Source: Macrostomum hystrix (Eukaryota > Animalia > Platyhelminthes). From it: 64,000 bases of DNA. The DNA lies in assembly GCA_950097015.1 (NCBI GenBank), contig CATNEN010000038.1:13268001-13332000 (forward strand). The letters are read 5' to 3'. The position numbers were made by a program, and so were the translations under genes. Below the pieces are notes generated by a model. The model searched no databases and had not been told where the DNA came from. It was given only the letters and a program-made list of their open reading frames with translations. Shown in pieces: positions 1-36,595 of the stretch; within the stretch, counting starts at the first letter, position 1, and the number at the start of each line of letters is the position of its first letter.

Positions 1-3000
1 TGCTATCGCAGCCCAACGCGATCCACGAGTGCAGCTAGCCATATCGTGTTCACAGAGCAAGCAACAAGCTTCAGATGCATCTGCCTACAGGGGTGTGTTT
101 TAACGCACTTTTAAATCAGGAAAACATACTTGATCTCTAGAATAGTAGCAATATACCTAAAATATGAGAAAGACGCGATGTGTGCCAGCACATGTTCATT
201 TACACTTGTTCATGAATAGGCGTGCATCAAAACACTTTATAGTCAAACAGGCTAGCTAAAGCTGCAAAAGTTTTTCTGTACTTCTTTAGCAGCCCAACGC
301 TATCATCGAGAGCAGCTAGTTATAGCGTGTTTACATCGCCAGCAACACGCTTTCGCTAGATCTGCTAACAGCGGAATTTTGAACGATATTATGAATCGAG
401 AAAACGACCTAGAACCCTATATTTCGAGTATTGCCAATATTCCTGAAATATGAGGTGTACGTGATGTGTGCCAGCAGCACGCGTTAAGCTCTTCAAGCAC
501 GTGAGCAAGGTGCTCTAATTGTTCTTTACACTTGAATCAACCCGCTTGTCACTGTCAAGCAGGCTAGCTAGAGCTGCAAATGTAATTTAGTGCTGCTATC
601 GCAGCCCAACGCGATCCACGAGTGCAGCTAGCCATATCGTGTTCACAGAGCAAGCAACAAGCTTCAGATGCATCTGCCTACAGGGGTGTGTTTTAACGCA
701 CTTTTAAATCAGGAAAACATACTTGATCTCTAGAATATTAGCAATATACCTAAAATATAAGAAAGACGCGATGTGTGCCAGCACATGTTCATTTACACTT
801 GTTCATGAATAGGCGTGCATCAAAACACTTTATAGTCAAACAGGCTAGCTAAAGCTGCAAAAGTTATTTCTGTACTGCTTTAGCAGCCCTACGCTATCCA
901 CGAGAGCAGCTAGTCATAGCGTGTTCACATCGCCAGCAACACGCTTTCGCTAGATCTGCTGACAGGGGAATTGTGAACGATATTCTGAATCGAGAAAACG
1001 GGCTAGAACCATATATTTAGAATTTTAGCAATATACCTGAAATATGAGTTTGACGTGATGTGTGCCAGCAGCACGCGTTAAGCTCTTCAAGCACGTGAGC
1101 AAGGTGCTCTAATTGTTCTTTACACTTGAATCAACCCGCTTGTCACTGTCAAGCAGGCTAGCTAGAGCTGCAAATGTAATTTAGTGCTGCTATCGCAGCC
1201 CAACGCGATCCACGAGTGCAGCTAGCCATATCGTGTTCACAGAGCAAGCAACAAGCTTCAGATGCATCTGCCTACAGGGGTGTGTTTTAACGCACTTTTA
1301 AATCAGGAAAACATACTTGATCTCTAGAATATTAGCAATATACCTAAAATATGAGAAAGACGCGATGTGTGCCAGCACATGTTCATTTACACTTGTTCAT
1401 GAATAGGCGTGCATCAAAACACTTTATAGTCAAACAGGCTAGCTAAAGCTGCAAAAGTTTTTCTGTACTTCTTTAGCAGCCCAACGCTATCCGCGAGAGC
1501 AGCTAGTTATGGCGTGTTTACATCGCCAGCAACACGCTTTCGCTAGATCTGCTGACAGGGGAATTTTGAACGATATTATGAATCGAGAAACCGACCTAGA
1601 ACCATATATTTCGAATATTGCCAATATTCCTGAAATATGAGGTGGACGTGATGTGTGCCAGCAGCACGCGTTAAGCTCTTCAAGCACGTGAGCAAGGTGC
1701 TCTAATTGTTCTTTACACTTGAATCAACCCGCTTGTCACTGTCAAGCAGGCTAGCTAGAGCTGCAAATGTAATTTAGTGCTGCTATCGCAGCCCAACGCG
1801 ATCCACGAGTGCAGCTAGCCATATCGTGTTCACAGAGCAAGCAACAAGCTTCAGATGCATCTGCCTACAGGGGTGTGTTTTAACGCACTTTTAAATCAGG
1901 AAAACATACTTGATCTCTAGAATATTAGCAATATACCTAAAATATGAGAAAGACGCGATGTGTGCCAGCACATGTTCATTTACACTTGTTCATGAATAGG
2001 CGTGCATCAAAACACTTTATAGTCAAACAGGCTAGCTAAAGCTGCAAAAGTTTTTCTGTACTTCTTTAGCAGCCCAACGCTATCCGCGAGAGCAGCTAGT
2101 TATGGCGTGTTTACATCGCCAGCAACACGCTTTCGCTAGATCTGCTGACAGGGGAATTTTGAACGATATTATGAATCGAGAAACCGACCTAGAACCATAT
2201 ATTTCGAATATTGCCAATATTCCTGAAATATGAGGTGGACGTGATGTGTGCCAGCAGCACGCGTTAAGCTCTTCAAGCACGTGAGCAAGGTGCTCTAATT
2301 GTTCTTTACACTTGAATCAACCCGCTTGTCACTGTCAAGCAGGCTAGCTAGAGCTGCAAATGTAATTTAGTGCTGCTATCGCAGCCCAACGCGATCCACG
2401 AGTGCAGCTAGCCATATCGTGTTCACAGAGCAAGCAACAAGCTTCAGATGCATCTGCCTACAGGGGTGTGTTTTAACGCACTTTTAAATCAGGAAAACAT
2501 ACTTGATCTCTAGAATAGTAGCAATATACCTAAAATATGAGAAAGACGCGATGTGTGCCAGCACATGTTCATTTACACTTGTTCATGAATAGGCGTGCAT
2601 CAAAACACTTTATAGTCAAACAGGCTAGCTAAAGCTGCAAAAGTTTTTCTGTACTTCTTTAGCAGCCCAACGCTATCATCGAGAGCAGCTAGTTATAGCG
2701 TGTTTACATCGCCAGCAACACGCTTTCGCTAGATCTGCTAACAGCGGAATTTTGAACGATATTATGAATCGAGAAAACGACCTAGAACCCTATATTTCGA
2801 GTATTGCCAATATTCCTGAAATATGAGGTGTACGTGATGTGTGCCAGCAGCACGCGTTAAGCTCTTCAAGCACGTGAGCAAGGTGCTCTAATTGTTCTTT
2901 ACACTTGAATCAACCCGCTTGTCACTGTCAAGCAGGCTAGCTAGAGCTGCAAATGTAATTTAGTGCTGCTATCGCAGCCCAACGCGATCCACGAGTGCAG

Positions 3001-6000
3001 CTAGCCATATCGTGTTCACAGAGCAAGCAACAAGCTTCAGATGCATCTGCCTACAGGGGTGTGTTTTAACGCACTTTTAAATCAGGAAAACATACTTGAT
3101 CTCTAGAATATTAGCAATATACCTAAAATATAAGAAAGACGCGATGTGTGCCAGCACATGTTCATTTACACTTGTTCATGAATAGGCGTGCATCAAAACA
3201 CTTTATAGTCAAACAGGCTAGCTAAAGCTGCAAAAGTTATTTCTGTACTGCTTTAGCAGCCCTACGCTATCCACGAGAGCAGCTAGTTATAGCGTGTTCA
3301 CATCGCCAGCAACAAGCTTTCGCTAGATCTGCTGACAGGGGAATTGTGAACGATATTATGAATCGAGAAAACGAGCTAGAACCCTATATTTAGAATTTTA
3401 GCAATATACCTCAAATATGAGTTTGACGTGATGTGTGCCAGCAGCACGCGTTAAGCTCTTCAAGCACGTGAGCAAGGTGCTCTAATTGTTCCTTACATTT
3501 GAATCAACCCGCTTGTCACTGTCAAGCAGGCTAGCTAGAGCTGCAAATGTAATTTAGTGCTGCTATCGCAGCCCAACGCGATCCACGAGTGCAGCTAGCC
3601 ATATCGTGTTCACAGAGCAAGCAACAAGCTTCAGATGCATCTGCCTACAGGGGTGTGTTTTAACGCACTTTTAAATCAGGAAAACATACTTGATCTCTAG
3701 AATATTAGCAATATACCTAAAATATGAGTATGACGCGATGTGTGCCAGCACATGTTCATTTACACTTGTTCATGAATGGGCGTGCATCAAAACACTTTAT
3801 ATAGTCAAACAGGCTAGCTAAAGCTGCAAAAGTTATTTCTGTACTGCTTTAGCAGCCCAACGCTATCCACAAGAGCAGCTAGTTATAGCGTGTTCACATC
3901 GCCAGCAACAAGCTTTCGCTAGATCTGCTGACAGGGGAATCGTGAACGTTATTTTGAATCGAGAAAACGAGCTAGAACCTTATATTTAGAATTTTAGCAA
4001 TATACCTGAAAGATGAGTTTGACGTGATGTGTGCCAGCAGCACGCGTTTAGCTCTTCAAGCACGTGAGCATGGTGCTCTAATTGTTCTTTACACTTGAAT
4101 CAACCCGCTTGTCACTGTCAAGCAGGCTAGCTAGAGCTGCAAATGTAATTTAGTGCTGCTATCGCAGTCCAACGCCATCCACGAGTGCAGCTAGCCATAT
4201 CGTGTTCACAGAGCAAGCAACAAGCTTCAGATGCATCTGCCTACAGGGGTGTGTTTTAACGCACTTTTTAATCAGGAAAACATACTTGACCTCTAGAATA
4301 TTAGCAATATACCTAAAATATGAGTATGACGCGATGTGTGCCAGCACATGTTCATTTACACTTGTTCATGAATAGGCGTGCATCAAAACACTTTATATAG
4401 TCAAAAAGGCAAGCTAAAGCTGCAAAAGTTATTTCTGTACTGCTTTAGCAGCCCTACGCAATCCGCGAGAGCAGCTAGTTTTAGCGTGTTCACATCGCCA
4501 GTAACACGCTTTCGCTAGATCTGCTGACAGGGGAATTGTGAACGATATTTTGAATCGAGAAAACGAGCTAGAACCTTATATTTAGAATTTTAGCAATATA
4601 CCTGAAAGATGAGTTTGACGTGATGTGTGCCAGCAGCACGCGTTAAGCTCTTCAAGCACGTGAGCAAGGTGCTCTAATTGTTCTTTACACTTGAATCAAC
4701 CCGCTTGTCACTGTCAAGCAGGCTAGCTAGAGCTGCAAATGTAATTTAGTGCTGCTATCGCAGCCCAACGCGATCCACGAGTGCAGCTAGCCATATCGTG
4801 TTCACAGAGCAAGCAACAAGCTTCAGATGCATCTGCCTACAGGGGTGTGTTTTAACGCACTTTTTAATCAGGAAAACATACTTGACCTCTAGAATATTAG
4901 CAATATACCTAAAATATGAGTATGACGCGATGTGTGCCAGCACATGTTCATTTACACTTGTTCATGAATAGGCGTGCATCAAAACACTTTATATAGTCAA
5001 ACAGGCTAGCTAAAGCTGCAAAAGTTATTTCTGTACTGCTTTAGCAGCCCTACGCAATCCGCGAGAGCAGCTAGTTTTAGCGTGTTCACATCGCCAGTAA
5101 CACGCTTTCGCTAGATCTGCTGACAGGGGAATTGTGAACGATATTTTGAATCGAGAAAACGAGCTAGAACCTTATATTTCGAATTTTAGCAATATACCTG
5201 AAAGATGAGTTTGACGTGATGTGTGCCAGCAGCACGCGTTAAGCTCTTCAAGCACGTGAGCAAGGTGCTCTAATTGTTCTTTACACTTGAATCAACCCGC
5301 TTGTCACTGTCAAGCAGGCTAGCTAGAGCTGCAAATGTAATTTAGTGCTGCTATCGCAGCCCAACGCGATCCACGAGTGCAGCTAGCCATATCGTGTTCA
5401 CAGAGCAAGCAACAAGCTTCAGATGCATCTGCCTACAGGGGTGTGTTTTAACGCACTTTTAAATCAGGAAAACATACTTGATCTCTAGAATATTAGCAAT
5501 ATACCTAAAATATGAGTATGACGCGATGTGTGCCAGCACATGTTCATTTACACTTGTTCATGAATGGGCGTGCATCAAAACACTTTATATAGTCAAACAG
5601 GCTGGCTAAAGCTGCAAAAGTTATTTCTGTACTGCTTTAGCAGCCCTACGCAATCCGCGAGAGCAGCTAGTTATAGCGTGTTCACATCGCCAGTAACACG
5701 CTTTCGCTAGATCTGCTGACAGGGGAATTGTGAACGATATTTTGAATCGAGAAAACGAGCTAGAACCTTATATTTCGAATTTTAGCAATATACCTGAAAG
5801 ATTAGTTTGACGTGATGTGTGCCAGCAGCACGCGTTAAGCTCTTCAAGCACGTGAGCAAGGTGCTCTAATTGTTCTTTACACTTGAATCAACCCGCTTGT
5901 CACTGTCAAGCAGGCTAGCTAGAGCTGCAAATGTAATTTAGTGCTGCTATCGCGGCCCAACGCGATCCACGAGTGCAGCTAGCCATATCGTGTTCACAGA

Positions 6001-9000
6001 GCAAGCAACAAGCTTCAGATGCATCTGCCTACAGGGGTGTGTTTTAACGCACTTTTAAATCAGGAAAACATACTTGATCTCTAGAATATTAGCAATATAC
6101 CTAAAATATGAGTATGACGCGATGTGTGCCAGCACATGTTCATTTACACTTGTTCATGAATGGGCGTGCATCAAAACACTTTATATAGTCAAACAGGCTG
6201 GCTAAAGCTGCAAAAGTTATTTCTGTACTGCTTTAGCAGCCCTACGCAATCCGCGAGAGCAGCTAGTTATAGCGTGTTCACATCGCCAGTAACACGCTTT
6301 CGCTAGATCTGCTGACAGGGGAATTGTGAACGATATTTTGAATCGAGAAAACGAGCTAGAACCTTATATTTCGAATTTTAGCAATATACCTGAAAGATGA
6401 GTTTGACGTGATGTGTGCCAGCAGCACGCGTTAAGCTCTTCAAGCACGTGAGCAAGGTGCTCTAATTGTTCTTTACACTTGAATCAACCCGCTTGTCACT
6501 GTCAAGCAGGCTAGCTAGAGCTGCAAATGTAATTTAGTGCTGCTATCGCGGCCCAACGCGATCCACGACTGCAGCTAGCCATATCGTGTTCACAGAGCAA
6601 GCAACAAGCTTCAGATGCATCTGCCTACAGGGGTGTGTTTTAACGCACTTTTAAATCAGGAAAACATACTTGATCTCTAGAATATTAGCAATATACCTAA
6701 AATATGAGTATGACGCGATGTGTGCCAGCACATGTTCATTTACACTTGTTCATGAATGGGCGTGCATCAAAACACTTTATATAGTCAAACAGGCTGGCTA
6801 AAGCTGCAAAAGTTATTTCTGTACTGCTTTAGCAGCCCTACGCAATCCGCGAGAGCAGCTAGTTATAGCGTGTTCACATCGCCAGTAACACGCTTTCGCT
6901 AGATCTGCTGACAGGGGAATTGTGAACGATATTTTGAATCGAGAAAACGAGCTAGAACCTTATATTTCGAATTTTAGCAATATACCTGAAAGATGAGTTT
7001 GACGTGATGTGTGCCAGCAGCACGCGTTAAGCTCTTCAAACACGTGAGCAAGGTGCTCTAATTGTTCTTTACACTTGAATCAACCCGCTTGTCACTGTCA
7101 AGCAGGCTAGCTAGAGCTGCAAATGTAATTTAGTGCTGCTATCGCAGCCCAACGCGATCCACGAGTGCAGCTAGCCATATCGTGTTCACAGAGCAAGCAA
7201 CAAGCTTCAGATGCATCTGCCTACAGGGGTGTGTTTTAACGCACTTTTAAATCAGGAAAACATACTTGATCTCTAGAATATTAGCAATATACCTAAAATA
7301 TGAGTATGACGCGATGTGTGCCAGCACATGTTCATTTACACTTGTTCATGAATAGGCGTGCATCAAAACACTTTATAGTCAAACAGGCTAGCTAAAGCTG
7401 CAAAAGTTATTTCTGTACTGCTTTAGCAGCCCTACGCAATCCGCGAGAGCAGCTAGTTATAGCGTGTTCACATCGCCAGTAACACGCTTTCGCTAGATCT
7501 GCTGACAGGGGAATTGTGAACGATATTTTGAATCGAGAAAACGAGCTAGAACCTTATATATTTAGAATTTTAGCACTATACCTGAAAGATGAGTTTGACG
7601 TGATGTGTGCCAGCAGCACGCGTTAAGCTCTTCAAGCACGTGAGCAAGGTGCTCTAATTGTTCTTTACACTTGAATCAACCCGCTTGTCACTGTCAAGCA
7701 GGCTAGCTAGAGCTGCAAATGTAATTTAGTGCTGCTATCGCAGCCCAACGCGATCCACGAGTGCAGCTAGCCATATCGTGTTCACAGAGCAAGCAACAAG
7801 CTTCAGATGCATCTGCCTACAGGGGTGTGTTTTAACGCACTTTTTAATCAGGAAAACATACTTGATCTCTAGAATATTAGCAATATACCTAAAATATGAG
7901 TATGACGCGATGTGTGCCAGCACATGTTCATTTACACTTGTTCATGAATAGGCGTGCATCAAAACACTTTATATAGTCAAACAGGCTAGCTAAAGCTGCA
8001 AAAGTTATTTCTGTACTGCTTTGGCAGCCCTACGCAATCCGCGAGAGCAGCTAGTTATAGCGTGTTCACATCGCCAGTAACACGCTTTCGCTAGATCTGC
8101 TGACAGGGGAGTCGTGAACGATATTTTCAATCGAGAAAACGAGCTAGAACCTTATATTTAGAATTTTAGCAATATACGAGTACCTGAAAGATGAGTTTGA
8201 CGTGATGTGTGCCAGCAGCACGCGTTAAGCTCTTCAAGCACGTGAGCAAGGTGCTCTAATTGTTCTTTACACTTGAATCAACCCGCTTGTCACTGTCAAG
8301 CAGGCTAGCTAGAGCTGCAAATGTAATTTAGTGCTGCTATCGCAGCCCAACGCGATCCACGAGTGCAGCTAGCCATATCGTGTTCACAGAGCAAGCAACA
8401 AGCTTCAGATGCATCTGCCTACAGGGGTGTGTTTTAACGCACTTTTTAATCAGGAAAACATACTTGATCTCTAGAATATTAGCAATATACCTAAAATATG
8501 AGTATGACGCGATGTGTGCCAGCACATGTTCATTTACACTTGTTCATGAATGGGCGTGCATCAAAACACTTTATATAGTCAAACAGGCTAGCTAAAGCTG
8601 CAAAAGTTATTTCTGTACTGCTTTGGCAGCCCTACGCAATCCGCGAGAGCAGCTAGTTATAGCGTGTTCACATCGCCAGTAACACGCTTTCGCTAGATCT
8701 GCTGACAGGGGAGTCGTGAACGATATTTTGAATCGAGAAAACGAGCTAGAACCTTATATTTAGAATTTTAGCAATATACCTGAAAGATGAGTTTGACGTG
8801 ATGTGTGCCAGCAGCACGCGTTAAGCTCTTCAAGCACGTGAGCAAGGTGCTCTAATTGTTCTTTACACTTGAATCAACCCGCTTGTCACTGTCAAGCAGG
8901 CTAGCTAGAGCTGCAAATGTAATTTAGTGCTGCTATCGCAGCCCAATGCGATCCACGAGTGCAGCTAGCCATATCGTGTTCACAGAGCAAGCAACAAGCT

Positions 9001-12000
9001 TCAGATGCATCTGCCTACAGGGGTGTGTTTTAACGCACTTTTTAATCAGGAAAACATACTTGATCTCTAGAATATTAGCAATATACCTAAAATATGAGTA
9101 TGACGCGATGTGTGCTAGCACAAGTTCATTTACACTTGTTCATGAATGGGCGTGCATCAAAACACTTTATAGTCAAACAGGCTAGCTAAAGCTGCAAAAG
9201 TTATTTCTGTACTGCTTTGGCAGCCCTACGCAATCCGCGAGAGCAGCTAGTTATAGCGTGTTCACATCGCCAGTAACACGCTTTCGCTAGATCTGCTGAC
9301 AGGGGAGTCGTGAACGATATTTTAAATCGAGAAAACGAGCTAGAACCTTATATATTTAGAATTTTAGCACTATACCTGAAAGATGAGTTTGACGTGATGT
9401 GTGCCAGCAGCACGCGTTAAGCTCTTCAAGCACGTGAGCAAGGTGCTCTAATTGTTCTTTACACTTGAATCAACCCGCTTGTCACTGTCAAGCAGGCTAG
9501 CTAGAGCTGCAAATGTAATTTAGTGCTGCTATCGCAGCCTAACGCGATCCACGAGTGCAGCTAGCCATATCGTGTTCACAGAGCAAGCAACAAGCTTCAG
9601 ATGCATCTGCCTACAGGGGTGTGTTTTAACGCACTTTTTAATCAGGAAAACATACTTGATCTCTAGAATATTAGCAATATACCTAAAATATGAGTATGAC
9701 GCGATGTGTGCCAGCACAAGTTCATTTACACTTGTTCATGAATAGGCGTGCATCAAAACACTTTATATAGTCAAACAGGCTAGCTAAAGCTGCAAAAGTT
9801 ATTTCTGTACTGCTTTGGCAGCCCTACGCAATCCGCGAGAGCAGCTAGTTATAGCGTGTTCACATCGCCAGTAACACGCTTTCGCTAGATCTGCTGACAG
9901 GGGAGTCGTGAACGATATTTTAAATCGAGAAAACGAGCTAGAACCTTATATTTAGAATTTTAGCACTATACCTGAAAGATGAGTTTGACGTGATGTGTGC
10001 CAGCAGCACGCGTTAAGCTCTTCAAGCACGTGAGCAAGGTGCTCTAATTGTTCTTTTTACTTGAATCAACCCGCTTGTCACTGTCAAGCAGGCTAGCTAG
10101 AGCTGCAAATGTAATTTAGTGCTGCTATCGCAGCCCAACGCGATCCACGAGTGCAGCTAGCCATATCGTGTTCACAGAGCAAGCAACAAGCTTCAGATGC
10201 ATCTGCCTACAGGGGTGTGTTTTAACGCACTTTTTAATCAGGAAAACATACTTGATCTCTAGAATATTAGCAATATACCTAAAATATGAGTATGACGCGA
10301 TGTGTGCCAGCACATGTTCATTTACACTTGTTCATGAATAGGCGTGCATCAAAACACTTTATATAGTCAAACAGGCTAGCTAAAGCTGCAAAAGTTATTT
10401 CTGTACTGCTTTGGCAGCCCTACGCAATCCGCGAGAGCAGCTAGTTATAGCGTGTTCACATCGCCAGTAACACGCTTTCGCTAGATCTGCTGACAGGGGA
10501 GTCGTGAACGATATTTTGAATCGAGAAAACGAGCTAGAACCTTATATATTTAGAATTTTAGCACTATACCTGAAAGATGAGTTTGACGTGATGTGTGCCA
10601 GCAGCACGCGTTAAGCTCTTCAAGCACGTGAGCAAGGTGCTCTAATTGTTCTTTACACTTGAATCAACCCGCTTGTCACTGTCAAGCAGGCTAGCTAGAG
10701 CTGCAAATGTAATTTAGTGCTGCTATCGCAGCCCAACGCGATCCACGAGTGCAGCTAGCCATATCGTGTTCACAGAGCAAGCAACAAGCTTCAGATGCAT
10801 CTGCCTACAGGGGTGTGTTTTAACGCACTTTTTAATCAGGAAAACATACTTGATCTCTAGAATATTAGCAATATACCTAAAATATGAGTATGACGCGATG
10901 TGTGCCAGCACATGTTCATTTACACTTGTTCATGAATAGGCGTGCATCAAAACACTTTATATAGTCAAACAGGCTAGCTAAAGCTGCAAAAGTTATTTCT
11001 GTACTGCTTTGGCAGCCCTACGCAATCCGCGAGAGCAGCTAGTTATAGCGTGTTCACATCGCCAGTAACACGCTTTCGCTAGATCTGCTGACAGGGGAGT
11101 CGTGAACGATATTTTGAATCGAGAAAACGAGCTAGAACCTTATATTTAGAATTTTAGCAATATACCTGAAAGATGAGTTTGACGTGATGTGTGCCAGCAG
11201 CACGCGTTAAGCTCTTCAAGCACGTGAGCAAGGTGCTCTAATTGTTCTTTACACTTGAATCAACCCGCTTGTCACTGTCAAGCAGGCTAGCTAGAGCTGC
11301 AAATGTAATTTAGTGCTGCTATCGCAGCCCAATGCGATCCACGAGTGCAGCTAGCCATATCGTGTTCACAGAGCAAGCAACAAGCTTCAGATGCATCTGC
11401 CTACAGGGGTGTGTTTTAACGCACTTTTTAATCAGGAAAACATACTTGATCTCTAGAATATTAGCAATATACCTAAAATATGAGTATGACGCGATGTGTG
11501 CCAGCACAAGTTCATTTACACTTGTTCATGAATGGGCGTGCATCAAAACACTTTATAGTCAAACAGGCTAGCTAAAGCTGCAAAAGTTATTTCTGTACTG
11601 CTTTGGCAGCCCTACGCAATCCGCGAGAGCAGCTAGTTATAGCGTGTTCACATCGCCAGTAACACGCTTTCGCTAGATCTGCTGACAGGGGAGTCGTGAA
11701 CGATATTTTGAATCGAGAAAACGAGCTAGAACCTTATATTTAGAATTTTAGCACTATACCTGAAAGATGAGTTTGACGTGATGTGTGCCAGCAGCACGCG
11801 TTAAGCTCTTCAAGCACGTGAGCAAGGTGCTCTAATTGTTCTTTACACTTGAATCAACCCGCTTGTCACTGTCAAGCAGGCTAGCTAGAGCTGCAAATGT
11901 AATTTAGTGCTGCTATCGCAGCCCAACGCGATCCACGAGTGCAGCTAGCCATATCGTGTTCACAGAGCAAGCAACAAGCTTCAGATGCATCTGCCTACAG

Positions 12001-12165
12001 GGGTGTGTTTTAACGCACTTTTTAATCAGGAAAACATACTTGATCTCTAGAATATTAGCAATATACCTAAAATATGAGTATGACGCGACGTGTGCCAGCA
12101 GCACGCGTAAAGCTCTTCTAGAACGCGAACAAGGCGTTCTAATTGTTCTTTACACTTGTTCATGA
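1..12165. repeat. Satellite DNA array, ~593-602-bp unit (dimer of ~280-bp A and ~313-bp B monomers), ~20 full units, truncated by window start
   Basis: The unit start TGCTATCGCAGCCCAACGCGATCC recurs at 1, 594, 1188, 1781, 2374, 2967, 3561 ... 11911. The second half of each unit (GCAGCCCAACGCTATC...GCAGCTAGTTATAGCGTGTT) is a diverged copy of the first half. Confidence 0.98.
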
Positions 12166-14100
12166 ATGGGCGTGTATGAAAACACATTTTATAGTCAAGG
12201 AAGCTAACTGATTAAGCTGGAAAAGTATTTTTTGTACAGCTTCAGCAGCCCAACGCAATCGGCGAGAGCAGCTAGTTATAGCGTGTTCGAGCAAGCAAGA
12301 AGCTTTAGCTGGATCTGTTGACATGGGGAGTGTCAACGATGTTTTTAATTAAGAAAACAAGCTATGACCTATAATCTAGAATATTAGCAATATACAGGTC
12401 TGAATTATGAGCATAACGTGATCTGTGCAAGCAACCGGCTCAAAGCTGTTCTAGAACGTGAACCAGGTGCTTTAATTGTTGTTTGCACTTTTTCTCTATG
12501 AGCGTGTATAAAACCGCTTGTCACTGTTAAGCAAGCTAGCAAAGCTCCAAAATTATTTAGTGCTGCTTTACCAGCACATTGCGATCTGCGAAAGCAGCTA
12601 GCTGAAGCGTGTTTACAGCGCTATATTTTAGACATTACTTTTTAGCTAGTTTTCTTCATTGAAAAGTTCGTTTCCACACCCCCAATGATGCAGATGCAGC
12701 TAAATTTAAGTTTGTAGCTCCCGCTGTGAACAAGTTTTAGCTAGATGCTCTTGCCGATCGTGTTGTGCTGCTAAAACAGCACTGAATTACTTTTGCAGCT
12801 CTAGCTAGCCTGCCTGACAGTGAAAAGCGTTTTGATACACACCCATACAGGTATAAAGAACAATTAAAGCACCTTGAACGCGCTCTACAACAGCTTTGCG
12901 CGTGCTGCTTACCCACATCGCGTTCTGCTAATTTTCCAGGTAAATTGCTTGTATTTTATATATTAGTTTTTAGCTAGTTTTCTTGCTTGAAAAGTGCGTT
13001 TACAGAGTCTCAGAGTCACCAGATGCAGCTAACGTTTGTAGCTATCGCTCGAAAAAAGTCTTATCTAGCTGCTCTCACGGATCGCATTGTGCTGCTAAAA
13101 CAACACTAACTTTTGTAGCTCTAGCTAGCCTGCTTGACAATAAAAAGCGTTTTGATTCGCGCCCATACACGAACAAGTGTAAAAGAACAATTAAAGGCAG
13201 GACGCGATGTGTGTGAGCAGCATGCACAGAGCTGTTTTAGAACGCGTACAAGGTGCTTTAATTGTTTTTTACACCTTTTTAGCAGCACAACGCGATCGGC
13301 GAGAGCGGCTAGCGTTCACAGCGCAAGCACCAAGATTTAACTACATCTGCTGACTGGGGGTGTGAGTACAAACGCACGTTTCAATCTAGAGATTGTAGCA
13401 ACAGCCTAATGCGCCCTTATATAGGGCTGAAATAGCAGTTTGACGCGATCTATGCGAGCAGCACGCGCAAGCTGTTCTATGTACGCGCAACGCGTACATG
13501 GTGCTTTAATTGTTCTTTACACTCGTTCTTGTATGGGCGTGTATCAAATTAAAAGCGCTTTTTATAGTTTATCAGGCTAGCTAGAGCTGCAGAAGTAATT
13601 CAGTGCTGTTTAGCAGCACAACGCGATAGGTTAGAGCAGCTGGATGAAACTTTTTTAGAGCGGGAGCTACAAACTTTAGCTGCATCTGGTGACTCTGAGT
13701 GTCTTTAAACGCACTTTGATAAAAAATGGCTGGAAACAAATATCTAGAATATTAGCAATACACCTGAACTATGAGCATAACGTGATCTGTGCGAGCAGCA
13801 GGCGCATAGCTCTTCTAGAATGCGATCAGGGTGCTTTGACTAGACTGTGAGTGCGTATTAACGAAATTTTCAATCAAGGAAACTAGCTATAGCCGTAGGC
13901 ACATCTAAATAGGCTTGAAAAAGCAGCTTAACGCGATCGTAAAGCCTTCTAGAACGCGAGCAAGGTGCTTTTTTTCTCTACACTTTTTTCCTGTATGGGT
14001 GTGTTTCAAAACGCTTTTCATAATGAAGCAAGCCATCTGGAGCTCCAGAAGCCTGTAATTTGTGTTGTTTTAGCAGTACAACGCTATCCGCCAGAGCTGC
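12166..14100. repeat. Diverged monomeric flank of the satellite, including an inverted block (~12660-13200)
   Basis: Degenerate forward monomers are present. TTTTGCAGCTCTAGCTAGCCTGCCTGACAGTGA (~12791) and a similar copy at ~13111 are reverse complements of the satellite motif TCACTGTCAAGCAGGCTAGCTAGAGCTGCAAA. Confidence 0.9.
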
Positions 14101-14446
14101 GAGCTTAAGCTTCTGAATAGCAGAAAAGGATAATACGAATTATAAAAAACCAGAAATGAATAAAAAAAGAAATGTAACTGTTTTTGTTCTATTCTAATTT
14201 TAGCTTTTGTTAAAGTACACAATATTATCTGGACTAGAATTTGATCGGAATATCGAGCTGGATATCGTTCGATGATTTTAAGTCGCACTCGTCATTGTGA
14301 GAGCAGTCCGTCTGAGTTAGGCTTAACTTTGTTCGCTTAAAACACTATAAGACGTTTATAGTGTTTTAATTTGGTTTAGATTGTCTAACAGAAAATATAT
14401 TTCTCTTTCAATAATTAAATTGGCATATACGCTTTTGGGCTTTAAT

Positions 14447-36595
<22,149 letters not shown>

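Noticed and set aside
1-12165. CRISPR array or rDNA/5S/snRNA/histone tandem cluster
   Set aside because: There are no unique spacers and no recognisable RNA-gene or histone sequence, and the context is eukaryotic.
1487-13340. Repeated 62-79-aa ORFs in the satellite
   Set aside because: They appear and disappear with single satellite SNPs and have no protein-like features; they are by-products of the repeat.
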